The notes under the pieces: model-generated
The model's database searches: none
The model's input: the letters and a program-made list of their open reading frames with translations, nothing else
What the model was told of the DNA's origin: nothing
NCBI GenBank assembly: GCA_965277805.1
Contig: OZ255842.1
Span: 1,056,001-1,120,000, forward strand
DNA length: 64,000 nucleotides
Origin: Candidatus Lustribacter sp.
GTDB taxonomy: Bacteria > Vulcanimicrobiota > Vulcanimicrobiia > Vulcanimicrobiales > Vulcanimicrobiaceae
Direction: 5' to 3'
In this document: in pieces, positions 1-9,971 of the stretch
Position numbering within the stretch: position 1 is the first letter of the stretch
Layout of the letters: each line of letters begins with the position of its first letter
Translations under genes and position numbers: made by a program

Positions 1-1068
1 GCACGCAAAGTCGCGGCCGCCCTCGCGGCAACGCCGGGCGCCGTCGACGTCACGACATCGGCGGCGGACAACGCGCCGCAAGTGAACGTCGAGTTCAACC
101 GCGATCGTGCGCGCGCGCTCAACGCCAGCATCGGCACCGCGTCGACGGCGGTTCGCGCGGCCTTCGGCGGCGATCTCGCCACGCAGTTCACCGGCGCCGA
201 CGGCCTCAAAGACGTGCTCGTCACCTATCCGCAAACGGCGCAGACATCGCTATCGGCGATCGAACAGATCCCGATCCGCGCCGGCGACGGTTCGATCGTG
301 CGCGTCGGCGACATCGCGCATCTCGTGCAAGCCCCCGCGCCGTCGATGATCCTGCGCATCAACCGCCAAAGCGTGGACTACGTGGGCGCGAACATCGCGC
401 CGGGCGCCACGCTCTCGAACGTGCAAAAAGCCTTCGCGCAGCGCCTGCGCGCGTTGCATCTACCGTCAACCGTAACGGTCGCCGCGTCGGCCGGCGGCAA
501 CCAGCAAGACGTCGGCGACACCGTCACCGGCATGACGTTCGCGCTCATGCTCTCGATCGCGCTCGTCTATCTGCTGATGGTCGCGCTCTACAACAGCTAC
601 CGCACGCCGTTCATCATCATGTTCGCCGTCCCGGTCGCCGTCGTCGGCGCCCTCGGCTCGCTCGCCCTAACGCACCAAACGCTGAACCTGTTCTCGCTGA
701 TCGGCTCGGTGCTCCTCATCGGCCTCGTCACCAAGAACGGCATCCTGCTCGTCGATTTCGCAAACATGCGCCGCCGCGCGGGCCTCGATCGTATCGTCGC
801 CATCCGCGAAGCCGCCCGCGAACGTTTCCGCCCGATCATGATGACCACCGTCGCCATGGTCGCCGGCATGCTCCCCCTCGCCCTCGTCCTCGACCCCGGA
901 GCCCAAGCCGAACGCTCCCTCGGCACGGTCGTCATCGGCGGCCTCATCAGCTCGCTCTTGTTAACGCTCGTCCTGGTGCCGGTCGTCTACCTGGCCGTCT
1001 CCCCCGAAAGCAACGAAGACAAAGAACCAAAACCCACCCGCCGGCGCCTCATGGTCGAAGCGCGCTAA
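1..1068 (+). CDS. RND efflux transporter permease (AcrB/AcrD/AcrF family), 5'-truncated by window edge
   Basis: C-terminal RND motifs: LLIGLVTKNGILLVDFA, ARERFRPIMMTT, VVIGGLISSLLLTLVLVPVVY; multiple TM segments. Confidence 0.9.
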   Translation, partial: ARKVAAALAATPGAVDVTTSAADNAPQVNVEFNRDRARALNASIGTASTAVRAAFGGDLATQFTGADGLKDVLVTYPQTAQTSLSAIEQIPIRAGDGSIVRVGDIAHLVQAPAPSMILRINRQSVDYVGANIAPGATLSNVQKAFAQRLRALHLPSTVTVAASAGGNQQDVGDTVTGMTFALMLSIALVYLLMVALYNSYRTPFIIMFAVPVAVVGALGSLALTHQTLNLFSLIGSVLLIGLVTKNGILLVDFANMRRRAGLDRIVAIREAARERFRPIMMTTVAMVAGMLPLALVLDPGAQAERSLGTVVIGGLISSLLLTLVLVPVVYLAVSPESNEDKEPKPTRRRLMVEAR

Positions 1069-1088
1069 CGGCGACGGCTCGGTTCAGA

Positions 1089-1472
1089 CTATCCCGGCAC
1101 GCTCCAACTCGTCCCGTCGACAAAATGAACGTATCGGACCTCGCAGCGATCGTCGGTCGTCGCGGCGGTGAACAATCCGCCGGGAAGATTTTTGTGCAAG
1201 TGTTCGGTGACCGGCGCGCCTGGCGCAAAGGCGCCATGGACGTCGAACGTCATGGAACGCTTCCGTCCGTAGGGAATGACGACCCGAATCTCGTCGGCCG
1301 CGATCGCGGCGTTGTCGACGAACGTTGCGTTGTACGATGCGTGCTGCGTGAGTTCGATGCTATCGATCGTCCCGCTGCACGAGGTCGCGGAAACCGGTGA
1401 CGCACTCGGCGCCGAAGCCGGTGCCGCCGCAACGAGAGCCATAAAGAGCGCCGGGATGAGCAACTGCTTCAT
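1089..1472 (-). CDS. Secreted hypothetical protein
   Basis: ATG at 1472 gives MKQLLIPALFMALVAAAPA signal peptide; C-terminal CEVRYVHFVDGTSW. Confidence 0.65.
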   Translation of the reverse strand: MKQLLIPALFMALVAAAPASAPSASPVSATSCSGTIDSIELTQHASYNATFVDNAAIAADEIRVVIPYGRKRSMTFDVHGAFAPGAPVTEHLHKNLPGGLFTAATTDDRCEVRYVHFVDGTSWSVPG

Positions 1473-1611
1473 GGGCTTCTCTATACCGCACGCGCACGGC
1501 AGCCAAAGCTCCCGCGAACCGAAGCGGGACCAAAGCCTCTCTCCGTCAGGCCCTTCGAACCAAAGGAGTCTGCCGTGCGCAACGGCGGTGCGGACTGGGT
1601 AGAGTTGGAGC

Positions 1612-2247
1612 ATGGCTGAGACGCTGACCGCTGCCGAGTACGTCCCCAATTCGCGATCCCTGCGGACACTGCGCGCTGCGGCGGAGACGTGTCACGGTTG
1701 CGATCTGTACAAATACGCGACGCAGACGGTATTCGGCGAAGGTCCCGCGCACGCGCCGTTGATGTTCGTCGGCGAGCAACCGGGTGATGCGGAAGACCGG
1801 CTCGGCCACCCGTTTGTCGGCCCCGCCGGAAAGCTCTTGCACGACGCGCTCGCCGAAGCGGGCCTCGACGCGGATGATGCCTACGTGACGAACGCGGTGA
1901 AGCACTTCAAGTTCATCGAGCGCGGCAAACGGCGCATTCACAACACGCCCAAACGCACCGAAGTGAAGGCGTGCTTTCCGTGGCTCGAAGCCGAGATCGG
2001 GGCCGTGCGCCCAAAGATCGTCGTCGCGTTGGGCGCGACCGCCGCACAAGCATTGCTCGGTCCGTCGTTCAAGCTCACACCGAACCGCGGCCGCGCGTTC
2101 CCCTCGCCATGGGGACCATCGGTCATCCCGACGGTTCATCCGTCGTCAATCCTCCGCGCACCGGACGATGACGCGCGCCACGTCGCCCGCGTGGCCTTCG
2201 TCGCAGATTTGCACCACGTAGCAGCAGCCCTCACCCCGTCACCCTGA
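1612..2247 (+). CDS. udgX: UdgX-family uracil-DNA binding protein (family 4 UDG-like)
   Basis: CxxCxL Fe-S motif, VGEQPG, GxPFVGPAG, and the UdgX-type KRRIH loop (HFKFIERGKRRIH); VHPS. Confidence 0.85.
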   Translation: MAETLTAAEYVPNSRSLRTLRAAAETCHGCDLYKYATQTVFGEGPAHAPLMFVGEQPGDAEDRLGHPFVGPAGKLLHDALAEAGLDADDAYVTNAVKHFKFIERGKRRIHNTPKRTEVKACFPWLEAEIGAVRPKIVVALGATAAQALLGPSFKLTPNRGRAFPSPWGPSVIPTVHPSSILRAPDDDARHVARVAFVADLHHVAAALTPSP

Positions 2248-2265
2248 TCTTGTCGAAGGGCCGCC
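2238..2265 (+). repeat. REP-like palindromic repeat, degenerate copy overlapping the udgX stop
   Basis: GTCACCCTGATCTTGTCGAAGGGCCGCC matches family consensus TGTCATCCCGAGCNTGTCGAGGGACCGCC. Confidence 0.55.
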
Positions 2266-2320
2266 TCCATCCCGAGGCTCCGCGACTCGTCCGAAGAAGA
2301 AGCGCGCAAGGGGGAAGGCC

Positions 2321-3271
2321 ATGCCATTCATGCCACGTTCCCGTGCGCTCGCGCTCATCAGCGGAAGCCTCGTCGCCGCATCGTCCATGCCGGCGCGCGC
2401 CCAGACCGACGCTTCCGCACTGCGCATCGGTTCGATGTCGATCGATGCGATGGGCGAAGCTTACTACGGACTCGATCGCGGCTTCTTTCACGATAACGGC
2501 GTCACGCCGGCCGTCACGACGCTGACCAACAGCTCCGCAATCGTGCAGTCCGTCCTCGCCGGCGAACTCGATGCCGGCATGACGAACACCGTGCAACTCG
2601 CCGTCGCGGTCGCACGCAGCGTGCCCGTGCAGATGATCGCGCCCGCGAGCCTGTATTCCACCCGCGACAACACGCAAGGCCTGGCCGTCGCGAAAAACGC
2701 GCCATACACGTCGGCGAAGGACCTCATCGGCGCAACGATCGCCGTCTCGGCGCTGGCCGACTTCAACCAGCTTGGCATCTCGGCATGGCTCGACCGCAAC
2801 GGCGTGTCCCCGTCGAGCGTGCATTTCGTCGAGCTGCGCTTTTCCGAGATGGGCCAAGCCCTTGCGCGCGGCACCGTGCAGGCGGCGCAAATTGCCGAGC
2901 CGAGTATGAGCGCCGCGATTCGCGCCGGCGACGTGCGCCCGTTCGCCGACGTGTACAGCGCGATCGCGCCGGAGTTTGCCACGATCGTCTGGTTCTCGAG
3001 CAAAACGTGGATTCAAAGCAACCCCGACGCCCTCAGGAAACTGCGCAACGGCATCTTCGCCACCGCCCGTTGGGCCAACGGCCACTATCCCGAGGCGGCC
3101 GAGATCCTGGCCAAAGTCGCGAAGGTCGACGTCGCCACCGTCAGCGCCGGACGACGCGTCTACTTCGGCACGACAAACGATCCGAAGTACGTCGCCGGGC
3201 CGCTGGCAGCCGCCGCAAAATACGGCATCACATCACGTACGGTGACCCCGGCCGAATACATGGCGCCCTAA
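2321..3271 (+). CDS. ABC transporter substrate-binding protein, NMT1/SsuA/THI5-like
   Basis: Signal peptide; GFF..NGV, KDLIGATIAV, ALARGTVQAA, EP motifs. Confidence 0.85.
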   Translation: MPFMPRSRALALISGSLVAASSMPARAQTDASALRIGSMSIDAMGEAYYGLDRGFFHDNGVTPAVTTLTNSSAIVQSVLAGELDAGMTNTVQLAVAVARSVPVQMIAPASLYSTRDNTQGLAVAKNAPYTSAKDLIGATIAVSALADFNQLGISAWLDRNGVSPSSVHFVELRFSEMGQALARGTVQAAQIAEPSMSAAIRAGDVRPFADVYSAIAPEFATIVWFSSKTWIQSNPDALRKLRNGIFATARWANGHYPEAAEILAKVAKVDVATVSAGRRVYFGTTNDPKYVAGPLAAAAKYGITSRTVTPAEYMAP

Positions 3272-4539
3272 TGGAGACCCCCAGCGTGTCTAACATCCCT
3301 AAACCGGTGGTCGAGCATCGCGGTGCGCCGAGCGTGCGCCGCTGGATGGAACAGCGCTGGCTGCTTGACAACATCATCCGCGCCAACGGCATCGACTGGG
3401 ACCAGTCGCGCTCGATCTACCTCAACGCACCATGCGGCGTCGAAGCGAACGCGGACTTCGCGCAAATCCGCACGCGCGTGCAGAAGATGGCCGATATCGG
3501 CCCCGCCTTCGCCTCGACCGCCCGGCGCCGCGAAGCAAAAGCCGCCGAAGCCGAAGCGGGCGATAACCGCATCACCGCGCGCGACAACTACTTCATGGCC
3601 GCGGTTCACTGGGGCGCGGCTCAGTGGCCCTACGACGAGAACGACGAAACGAACATCGCGTATAACGAGAAGAAGCGCGACTGTTACCAGCGCTATGCAA
3701 ACCTCGCCGACCATCACGTCGAGGCCGTCTGGCTGCCGTTCGCGGGGAGCGCGATCCCGGCATGGTTCCATCTGCCGCCCGGCTACACCGGCGGCGAACT
3801 CCCCGCCGTTATCGTCGTACCGGGCATGGACAGCTTCAAAGAAATGTCCGTCGCGCTCTACGGCGACCGCTGGCTGAACCGCGGCATCGCCGTGCTCGCA
3901 ATCGACGGTCCGGGCCAATACGAAGCCCCGATGGTCGGCATCAATGTGAGCATGGAAAACTGGAGCAACGTCGGCAAGATCCTCGTCGACTGGCTCGCCG
4001 CGCGCACCGAAGTCGACGCGGCCCGCATCGGCATCACCGGCACGAGTTTCGGCTCGTTCTTCGCAACGATCGTTGCCGGCAGCGAGCCGCGTCTGAAAGC
4101 GTGCGCGGTCGTCGCAACGTGCCTCGAACCCGGCTGCCACACGATCTTCGAAGAAGCCTCGCCGACGTTCAAGAAGCGCTTCATGTACATGTCCGGCTAC
4201 ACCGACGAAGCCGCCTTCGACGACTTCCGCCGGACGCTCACGTGGGAAAACCACGTCGGCAACATTGCCTGCCCGTACCTCTGCATCGCCGGCGAAGCTG
4301 AAGAGCTGAGCCCGATCGAGTACGCCGGACAGCTCATCGCACGGCTCAACGTGCCCAAGCAGTTCGTCGTCTACGCTGAATCCCGGCATTCCGTCGGCGG
4401 CGTCCCGTCGACGAATCTTGGCCCGTTTCCGCCGATCCTCGCCGCAGACTGGATGGCGGCGCGGTTGGCCGGCAAGCCGTTCCCGAGCGAACGCTGGTAC
4501 GTCGATCCGGCCGGCCGCGTAACCAAAGCCGCACTTTAG
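3271..4539 (+). CDS. Alpha/beta hydrolase (2,6-dihydroxypseudooxynicotine hydrolase/FrsA-like)
   Basis: ATG overlaps upstream TAA (TAATG); PGMDSFKE, AIDGPGQ, nucleophile elbow GTSFG, C-terminal His. Confidence 0.8.
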   Translation: METPSVSNIPKPVVEHRGAPSVRRWMEQRWLLDNIIRANGIDWDQSRSIYLNAPCGVEANADFAQIRTRVQKMADIGPAFASTARRREAKAAEAEAGDNRITARDNYFMAAVHWGAAQWPYDENDETNIAYNEKKRDCYQRYANLADHHVEAVWLPFAGSAIPAWFHLPPGYTGGELPAVIVVPGMDSFKEMSVALYGDRWLNRGIAVLAIDGPGQYEAPMVGINVSMENWSNVGKILVDWLAARTEVDAARIGITGTSFGSFFATIVAGSEPRLKACAVVATCLEPGCHTIFEEASPTFKKRFMYMSGYTDEAAFDDFRRTLTWENHVGNIACPYLCIAGEAEELSPIEYAGQLIARLNVPKQFVVYAESRHSVGGVPSTNLGPFPPILAADWMAARLAGKPFPSERWYVDPAGRVTKAAL

Positions 4540-4556
4540 CCGATAATGACAGTACG

Positions 4557-5402
4557 ATGCCAAACGACGCCATAGGGACGCCCGCTCCGCTTATTACCCC
4601 GGCCGAGCGCTTGCCGGTCGCTTCCGACGGCGAAGTGGCCGTCAATCGCGCCGACGGGCTGGCCGAGATCGCCGACTGGACGGCCGCGAAGGTTCTCGTC
4701 GAGCATCTCTTTGCGCGTGGTAGTGCACGTATTAGTGGCATCGAGTATGCGGTTGGTTACAAGCTCGCGTTCGGTCTAACCGGCGGCGACATCGTGGACG
4801 TCTACCACTTCGATAACGATGCCGTCTCGTTCTGTATCGCCGATATCTCCGGCAAGGGGACGGAAGCGGCCGTGCATGCGGCGCTCGTGAAGTACGGCCT
4901 GCGCGCGTACGCCTCGCAGGGGCTTACCCCCGAGCGCGTGCTGCGCTCACTCGACCGCCTTTATCTTGAAAACAATGCCTTCGAGAAGATCGAATCCTTC
5001 GCGTCAGTTTTCTTCGGCATGGTGGACTCGAGGCGCCGCGTGATGCAGTATGCGTCGGGCGGCCACGAAGCCGCCGCGATCATTGTGCCCGGCGAGCGTG
5101 CCCGGACGCTCGAGCCCACGGCGCCGCTGATCGGTGTCTTCGACGATCAGCACCATCTCTTCAAACACGGGTTCGTCGATTTGCCGCCGGGGACGCTGTT
5201 CGTCGCGACCACGGACGGCATCACCGAAGCGCGCTCGCCGGATCGCGAGTTCTTCGGCATGGAGGGGTTCATCAGTACGATCGAAGAGCTCTCCCATGAG
5301 CCGGTCGATCAAATCGTGCAAACGCTGATCGAACGTGCGCGCGCGTTCACCCATGATCAGCTGCGCGACGACATTGCGGTCGTCGCCGCGCGCTTTCTCT
5401 AG
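4557..5402 (+). CDS. PP2C/SpoIIE-family Ser phosphatase (RsbU-like), no sensor domain
   Basis: GGDIVD, IADISGKG, ASGGH, TDGITEA, DDIAVV motifs. Confidence 0.9.
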   Translation: MPNDAIGTPAPLITPAERLPVASDGEVAVNRADGLAEIADWTAAKVLVEHLFARGSARISGIEYAVGYKLAFGLTGGDIVDVYHFDNDAVSFCIADISGKGTEAAVHAALVKYGLRAYASQGLTPERVLRSLDRLYLENNAFEKIESFASVFFGMVDSRRRVMQYASGGHEAAAIIVPGERARTLEPTAPLIGVFDDQHHLFKHGFVDLPPGTLFVATTDGITEARSPDREFFGMEGFISTIEELSHEPVDQIVQTLIERARAFTHDQLRDDIAVVAARFL

Positions 5403-5409
5403 GGAATAT

Positions 5410-6033
5410 CTACTTCCAGGCGTCCGACGTATTCTGCCGGGCAATCTCGGCGGCGGTGACCTGCACGTTTTCACCGTCGAGCGCCAGCTCTTCCAGAACG
5501 ACCGCTGGCAGCGCCTTCGCGATTTGCATCACGATCTGCGCGTAGTCGGCGAGGTGCCGTTGTGCGAGCTTCGCCGTCGAGCCGTCACCCAGGCCCAGTG
5601 CGGTTGCATTCAGCATGGTATAGCTTGCGGTAGCGAGTCCGAGCGCTGTGTAGTCGTCGCGCAAATTCTTGGACACCTTCGTCTTGCGCGCGCTGTCGAT
5701 CACGGCCGCTCCGGCGCCGAGCAGTTGCGACCACGCCGACTTCACCGGTGACCCCGCATGACCGCCCGCCGCGTCGAGCTGCGCTTCGAGATCGCGCATG
5801 TGCGTTTCGGTAAGCGCCTGCAGACTCGAGATGAGTTCGGCGGCTTCGCCGAACTTGGCCGTATCATCCATGTCGAGCTGACGCTTCAGCGGCTGATTGA
5901 TGTGGCGCTCCAAGGCGAGCGCGTCGCTCAAGTAGGTCGCAATCGTGTGCCGGTCGTCGCTGCCGGTATTCAACGTCGCATCGCTCGAATCGTAGCGCAG
6001 CGCGGAGTCGGTCGTGGAATTCGTGTCGTTCAT
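5410..6033 (-). CDS. Ferritin-like (DUF892/YciE-like) stress protein
   Basis: Helical protein with DALALERH and KNLRDDYTAL segments; start chosen at ATG 6033. Confidence 0.6.
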   Translation of the reverse strand: MNDTNSTTDSALRYDSSDATLNTGSDDRHTIATYLSDALALERHINQPLKRQLDMDDTAKFGEAAELISSLQALTETHMRDLEAQLDAAGGHAGSPVKSAWSQLLGAGAAVIDSARKTKVSKNLRDDYTALGLATASYTMLNATALGLGDGSTAKLAQRHLADYAQIVMQIAKALPAVVLEELALDGENVQVTAAEIARQNTSDAWK

Positions 6034-6090
6034 GATGCCTACATCATCCACTGCCGCCGCATCGCTCAAACCCGCTTGCCGGGACGTCGT

Positions 6091-7215
6091 CTAAGCGGGA
6101 CGCGTTTCTTGACGGAACGGTTTGCGCAGCCCGGCCTGTTCGAGAAGCGGCAACACACCGCTGATGAACGCGGGCAGGCCCGCTTCGACATCGATCCAGG
6201 TACAGAGCACGCCGTCGATCCCGACGTTGCGCAGATCGCGGAAGCGTTCGACGATCACTTCGGGGGTGCCGACCAGCGGATAACCGCCGAGCCCGGCCAC
6301 CCAGCGCTTCGACATGCGAGCGCGCTGATCGTCGGTCATGCCTTGCGTGTGTTCGCGATTGATGCGCGTCCAGTTGGCGAGCTTCTCCGTGTCGGCGTTC
6401 GCGAGCAGAAATGACTCATAGGCGTCGGCCTCGGCTTGCGTGTCGCGCTGGATCACGTAGCCCGACGTCCAGACCTGCAACTCGCGCTTGTACTCCCGCC
6501 ACGCGAGATCGCGATACGCCGCGATCTGTGCGCGGTGTTCGTTCGCATCGTCACCCTTGAGGCTGACGAAGCACATATCCGAATACTTGGCGGCAAACTC
6601 GCGGCCGGTTTGCGATCCGCCGGCGTTCATGATCGGTGGAAACGGCGTCTGGACCGGCTTCGGCCACGACGACCCGCGCACGATGCGATAGAAGCGCCCC
6701 TCGAAGTCGAACTCGTCCTCTTCAGTCCACAGCCGCTTGCAGATGTCGATCCACTCCGCGGCTTGCGCATACCGGTCCGCGTGCTCTTTCATCTCGAAAC
6801 CGAACATGTCGAACTCGGGCTTGTTCCAACCCGCGACGATGTTCAGCGCAAACCGCCCGTTGGTGATGTGATCGACCGTGACGCACTGCTTCGCCGCGAC
6901 GATCGGGTGAACGACCGGAACGTGCGAGGTGGAGAAGATCGTCGCGGAGCGCGTCGCCGCGCCGAGCCCGGCCGCCCACGTATAGGGTTCGAGCACGCCG
7001 TGCTTTTCGAGCGGCGCGCTGATCGGCGCCGTGCTCTTCCAGCGCGCGTAAGGGACGATCGCCTCGAAGCCGGCCGCGTCGGCGAGCTGTGCGGCGTTGA
7101 GCGTGCGGGGCCAGGTGACGTAGTACTTATCGGGCAGCGCGACCATGTTGCCCCCGTTGCCGTTGAGCGAGAACGTCCCGAGTTTGATCTGGTTATCGTC
7201 GAAGAGCCGGTTCAC
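6091..7215 (-). CDS. LLM-class flavin-dependent oxidoreductase
   Basis: ADAAGFE, TVDHITNGRFALNIVAGW, PKPVQ, IMNAGGSQTG motifs. Confidence 0.9.
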   Translation of the reverse strand: MNRLFDDNQIKLGTFSLNGNGGNMVALPDKYYVTWPRTLNAAQLADAAGFEAIVPYARWKSTAPISAPLEKHGVLEPYTWAAGLGAATRSATIFSTSHVPVVHPIVAAKQCVTVDHITNGRFALNIVAGWNKPEFDMFGFEMKEHADRYAQAAEWIDICKRLWTEEDEFDFEGRFYRIVRGSSWPKPVQTPFPPIMNAGGSQTGREFAAKYSDMCFVSLKGDDANEHRAQIAAYRDLAWREYKRELQVWTSGYVIQRDTQAEADAYESFLLANADTEKLANWTRINREHTQGMTDDQRARMSKRWVAGLGGYPLVGTPEVIVERFRDLRNVGIDGVLCTWIDVEAGLPAFISGVLPLLEQAGLRKPFRQETRPA

Positions 7216-8405
7216 TTCGCGGCTACGTCGTCGAGGTGACTCGCATCGAGGTTGGGATACGAGGTGATCTCCACGTTCACGAGCTTGCCGCCGCGCTTCT
7301 CCGTGCGCCGGATGTACATCGTCTGCACGACGTCGCGCGTCTCCGGGTCGAAGGATACGTCGCCGCGTGGGCTCGCCAGATGCATCGTGCGCAGCAGTTG
7401 CATCGACTTGTCGGGATCGAGCGCTCCGTGCTGCGCCGCGGCGAGCTTGTAGATCGCATCCATCGAATCGTAAACGCTGACGGCGAGAAAATCCGGATCC
7501 GGCGGTCCGTTCGTCGCGCGGAACGCGGCCTTGAAGCGGTCGTTGATCCGTGAGGGGTGTTCGGCCGAATAGTTTCCGGCGCTCAAGACACCCGTCACGG
7601 AATCGCCCATCGAGGTGAGCTGCTCCTCACTCACCATATCCATCGTTGCGAGCACCTTTACGCCCGCCACATCGAGCCCAGCCGACCGGAACGCGCGCAT
7701 GAACGAGGCGCCGTGGCCCGTACCGTTGATCAGCGCGGCGTACACGGCTTGCGGCGCCGCATCCTTGACCCGTTGCACGTACGCGGAGAAGTCGATCGTG
7801 TTCGCCGGGATGCGCACCTCACCGAGAATCTTGCCGTTGCCGGCCGTGAACGCGCGCTCGAACGCCGTCGCCGCATCGATGCCGCCGCCGTTGTCGACGC
7901 AAACGACGTACGCGGTCGCGATCTTGTTCTGCAGCGCCCACTTCGCCAGCGGCACCGCTTGCTGCGGCCCGGTAAATCCGAGCCGCGCCGAGTACGGCAG
8001 CTTCATGGTGAGGCCGGGCGACGTCGGCCCGGTCATGAGATACGGCACTTTAGCTTGCGTTGACACGTCGCCCATCGCCAGCGCATTGGCTGAATACATT
8101 CCGCCGACGAGAAAATCAACGTGCTCTTGCAAGACGAGCTCTTGCGCGTTGCGCTTGCTGACCTCCGGAACGGGCCCTTGCTCATCGCGCCGCACGACGA
8201 CGACCTTGCGACCCGCCACCGTGTCGCCGTGGAGCGCGATATACGCAGCAACCGCGCTGTCCGCGCCTTGTCCAACGAGCATTTCCGTGCCGGAATACAG
8301 GCTCGTCAAACCGATCTTCAGCGGCGGCTGATCCGCAGCAGCGCCTTCGATGACAAGCGAAAAGGCAAGCGCTACGAGCGTTGCAAGACGAAAGCTACCG
8401 AGCAT
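7212..8405 (-). CDS. ABC substrate-binding protein, branched-chain amino acid (LivJ)-type fold
   Basis: PLKIGL, VAGRKVVVVRRDE, DFSAYVQRVKDA, SPRG motifs; signal peptide from ATG 8405. Confidence 0.85.
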   Translation of the reverse strand: MLGSFRLATLVALAFSLVIEGAAADQPPLKIGLTSLYSGTEMLVGQGADSAVAAYIALHGDTVAGRKVVVVRRDEQGPVPEVSKRNAQELVLQEHVDFLVGGMYSANALAMGDVSTQAKVPYLMTGPTSPGLTMKLPYSARLGFTGPQQAVPLAKWALQNKIATAYVVCVDNGGGIDAATAFERAFTAGNGKILGEVRIPANTIDFSAYVQRVKDAAPQAVYAALINGTGHGASFMRAFRSAGLDVAGVKVLATMDMVSEEQLTSMGDSVTGVLSAGNYSAEHPSRINDRFKAAFRATNGPPDPDFLAVSVYDSMDAIYKLAAAQHGALDPDKSMQLLRTMHLASPRGDVSFDPETRDVVQTMYIRRTEKRGGKLVNVEITSYPNLDASHLDDVAAK

Positions 8406-8460
8406 GTGGCCGCGCTTCTTCGAACGCGTGTAGCATCCTGGATGCGGGGTACCAGGAAGT

Positions 8461-8940
8461 ATGCAAACTTCCGTCCACACCGATCCCCCGGTTGCCAACG
8501 GAGCGCCGGCGCAGACGAACCCGAAGACGATCGTCACGCAGCTGAACAAGTTGCTCGAGATGGAACTCTCCGGCGTGACGCGCTATTTGCACTACAGTTT
8601 CATGGTGTTCGGCGCCAACCGCATCCCGATCGTCGCGTGGTTCCGCGAACAAGCCAACGAAGGCGTCGCACATTCCGTGCTCGTCGGCGAAAAGATCACG
8701 GCCTACAACGGCGAGCCCAGTGTGGCCGTACGCCCCGTCCCGACGACACGCCACCAGAGCCTGCGCGCGATGCTCGAAGAGAGCAGCGTTTTCGAACGCG
8801 AGAGCCTCGGCGAATACGTCAACCTCCTCAACATGTCCAACGGCGACATCGCCCTCGAGGAATTCGCCCGCACGCAAATCCTCGCCGAAACCGAACACCT
8901 AGAAGAAGTAGACAAAATGCTCCGAGGCATGCCGAAGTAG
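8461..8940 (+). CDS. Bacterioferritin/ferritin-like protein
   Basis: LNKLLEMELSGVTRYLHYS, ExxH motifs (EGVAH, ETEH), GGEP-like turn. Confidence 0.8.
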   Translation: MQTSVHTDPPVANGAPAQTNPKTIVTQLNKLLEMELSGVTRYLHYSFMVFGANRIPIVAWFREQANEGVAHSVLVGEKITAYNGEPSVAVRPVPTTRHQSLRAMLEESSVFERESLGEYVNLLNMSNGDIALEEFARTQILAETEHLEEVDKMLRGMPK

Positions 8941-8965
8941 CGACCACGATATGACCGTGGGGGGA

Positions 8966-9967
8966 CTAGACGGTTCGTTTTGCGGTTGAGTTGAACAGCG
9001 CCGCTAGCCGCCCGTCGCGGTCGAGTTTTTGTGAAGCCGAAATTGCATTCGCTTCATCGATGTATGCAAGGCACGCTTCGTCGGCGGCATCGCGCGCCCC
9101 AAGACGCTCCAACGCCGCGATCACGCGGTTCGCGTGCGCTTCCTCGAGCATGCCGATCGTCGCGTAGGCTTCCGCAACGATCGTACGATCCGCCGACTCC
9201 GGCTGCGCAAGCGCCCACGCCACCGGAAACGACCACTTGCGCCGCCGGATATCCGCGCCGCTGGGCTTGCCGGTTTCCTCCGGACGCCCCCACGTCCCAA
9301 GCACGTCATCGCGCACCTGAAACGCCAGCCCATACGCGCGCCCGACGCTGCTATACGCGGCCGCCCGTTCTTCCGACACCCCCGCCGCCCACGCACCGAG
9401 TTCACACGCCACCGCCAGCAGCGCCGCGGTCTTGCCTTCGATCATCCGCACGTACTCATCGAACGTCACGAACGTCGCGGTCTCGAACCCGATATCGAAC
9501 GCCTGACCCTCGCACATGCGAAAGTGCGCCTGTTGCAGACAGCGCATCATCGCTGCTTGCGTCTGCGGCGGCAAATCGCGCGAGCCGTCGACGAGCGTCA
9601 GATACGCCAGCGCCGACATCGCATCGCCCGCCACGAGCGCCGCGCGCACGCCGTGCCGCGTCCACAACGTCGGCCGCCCATGGCGCATCTCATCGCCGTC
9701 CTCGATGTCGTCGTGGATCAGCGAGAAGTTGTGCAGCAACTCCAGCGCCGCCGCAGCGCCCAGCGCCACGGTGCCGTCGCAGCCTTCGCTTTCCGCAACC
9801 GTGAGCAGAATTTGCGGACGCAAACGCTTGCCGCGTTTGGCGTTCGGATCGTCGAGCCCGAAGTGCTCGCGGATCAGCGGACCGTTGGCGTTGCCGGCCG
9901 CTGCGCCGTCGAGCACCGATTCGAGGTAGCCCTCGAACTGCTCGAACGACGGCGAGCGAACGAGCAC
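8966..9967 (-). CDS. Polyprenyl (FPP/GGPP) synthase
   Basis: GKRLRP, FSLIHDDIEDGD..RHGRP (FARM), GQAFD, KTA, FQVRDD (SARM). Confidence 0.92.
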   Translation of the reverse strand: MLVRSPSFEQFEGYLESVLDGAAAGNANGPLIREHFGLDDPNAKRGKRLRPQILLTVAESEGCDGTVALGAAAALELLHNFSLIHDDIEDGDEMRHGRPTLWTRHGVRAALVAGDAMSALAYLTLVDGSRDLPPQTQAAMMRCLQQAHFRMCEGQAFDIGFETATFVTFDEYVRMIEGKTAALLAVACELGAWAAGVSEERAAAYSSVGRAYGLAFQVRDDVLGTWGRPEETGKPSGADIRRRKWSFPVAWALAQPESADRTIVAEAYATIGMLEEAHANRVIAALERLGARDAADEACLAYIDEANAISASQKLDRDGRLAALFNSTAKRTV

Positions 9968-9971
9968 GGGT

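Noticed and set aside
2785-3270. N-terminal extensions in the ORF track (2785, 13668, 46737, 50904, 52145, 56092 starts)
   Set aside because: They overlap real genes in other frames and are Arg-rich nonsense; coupled downstream starts fit better
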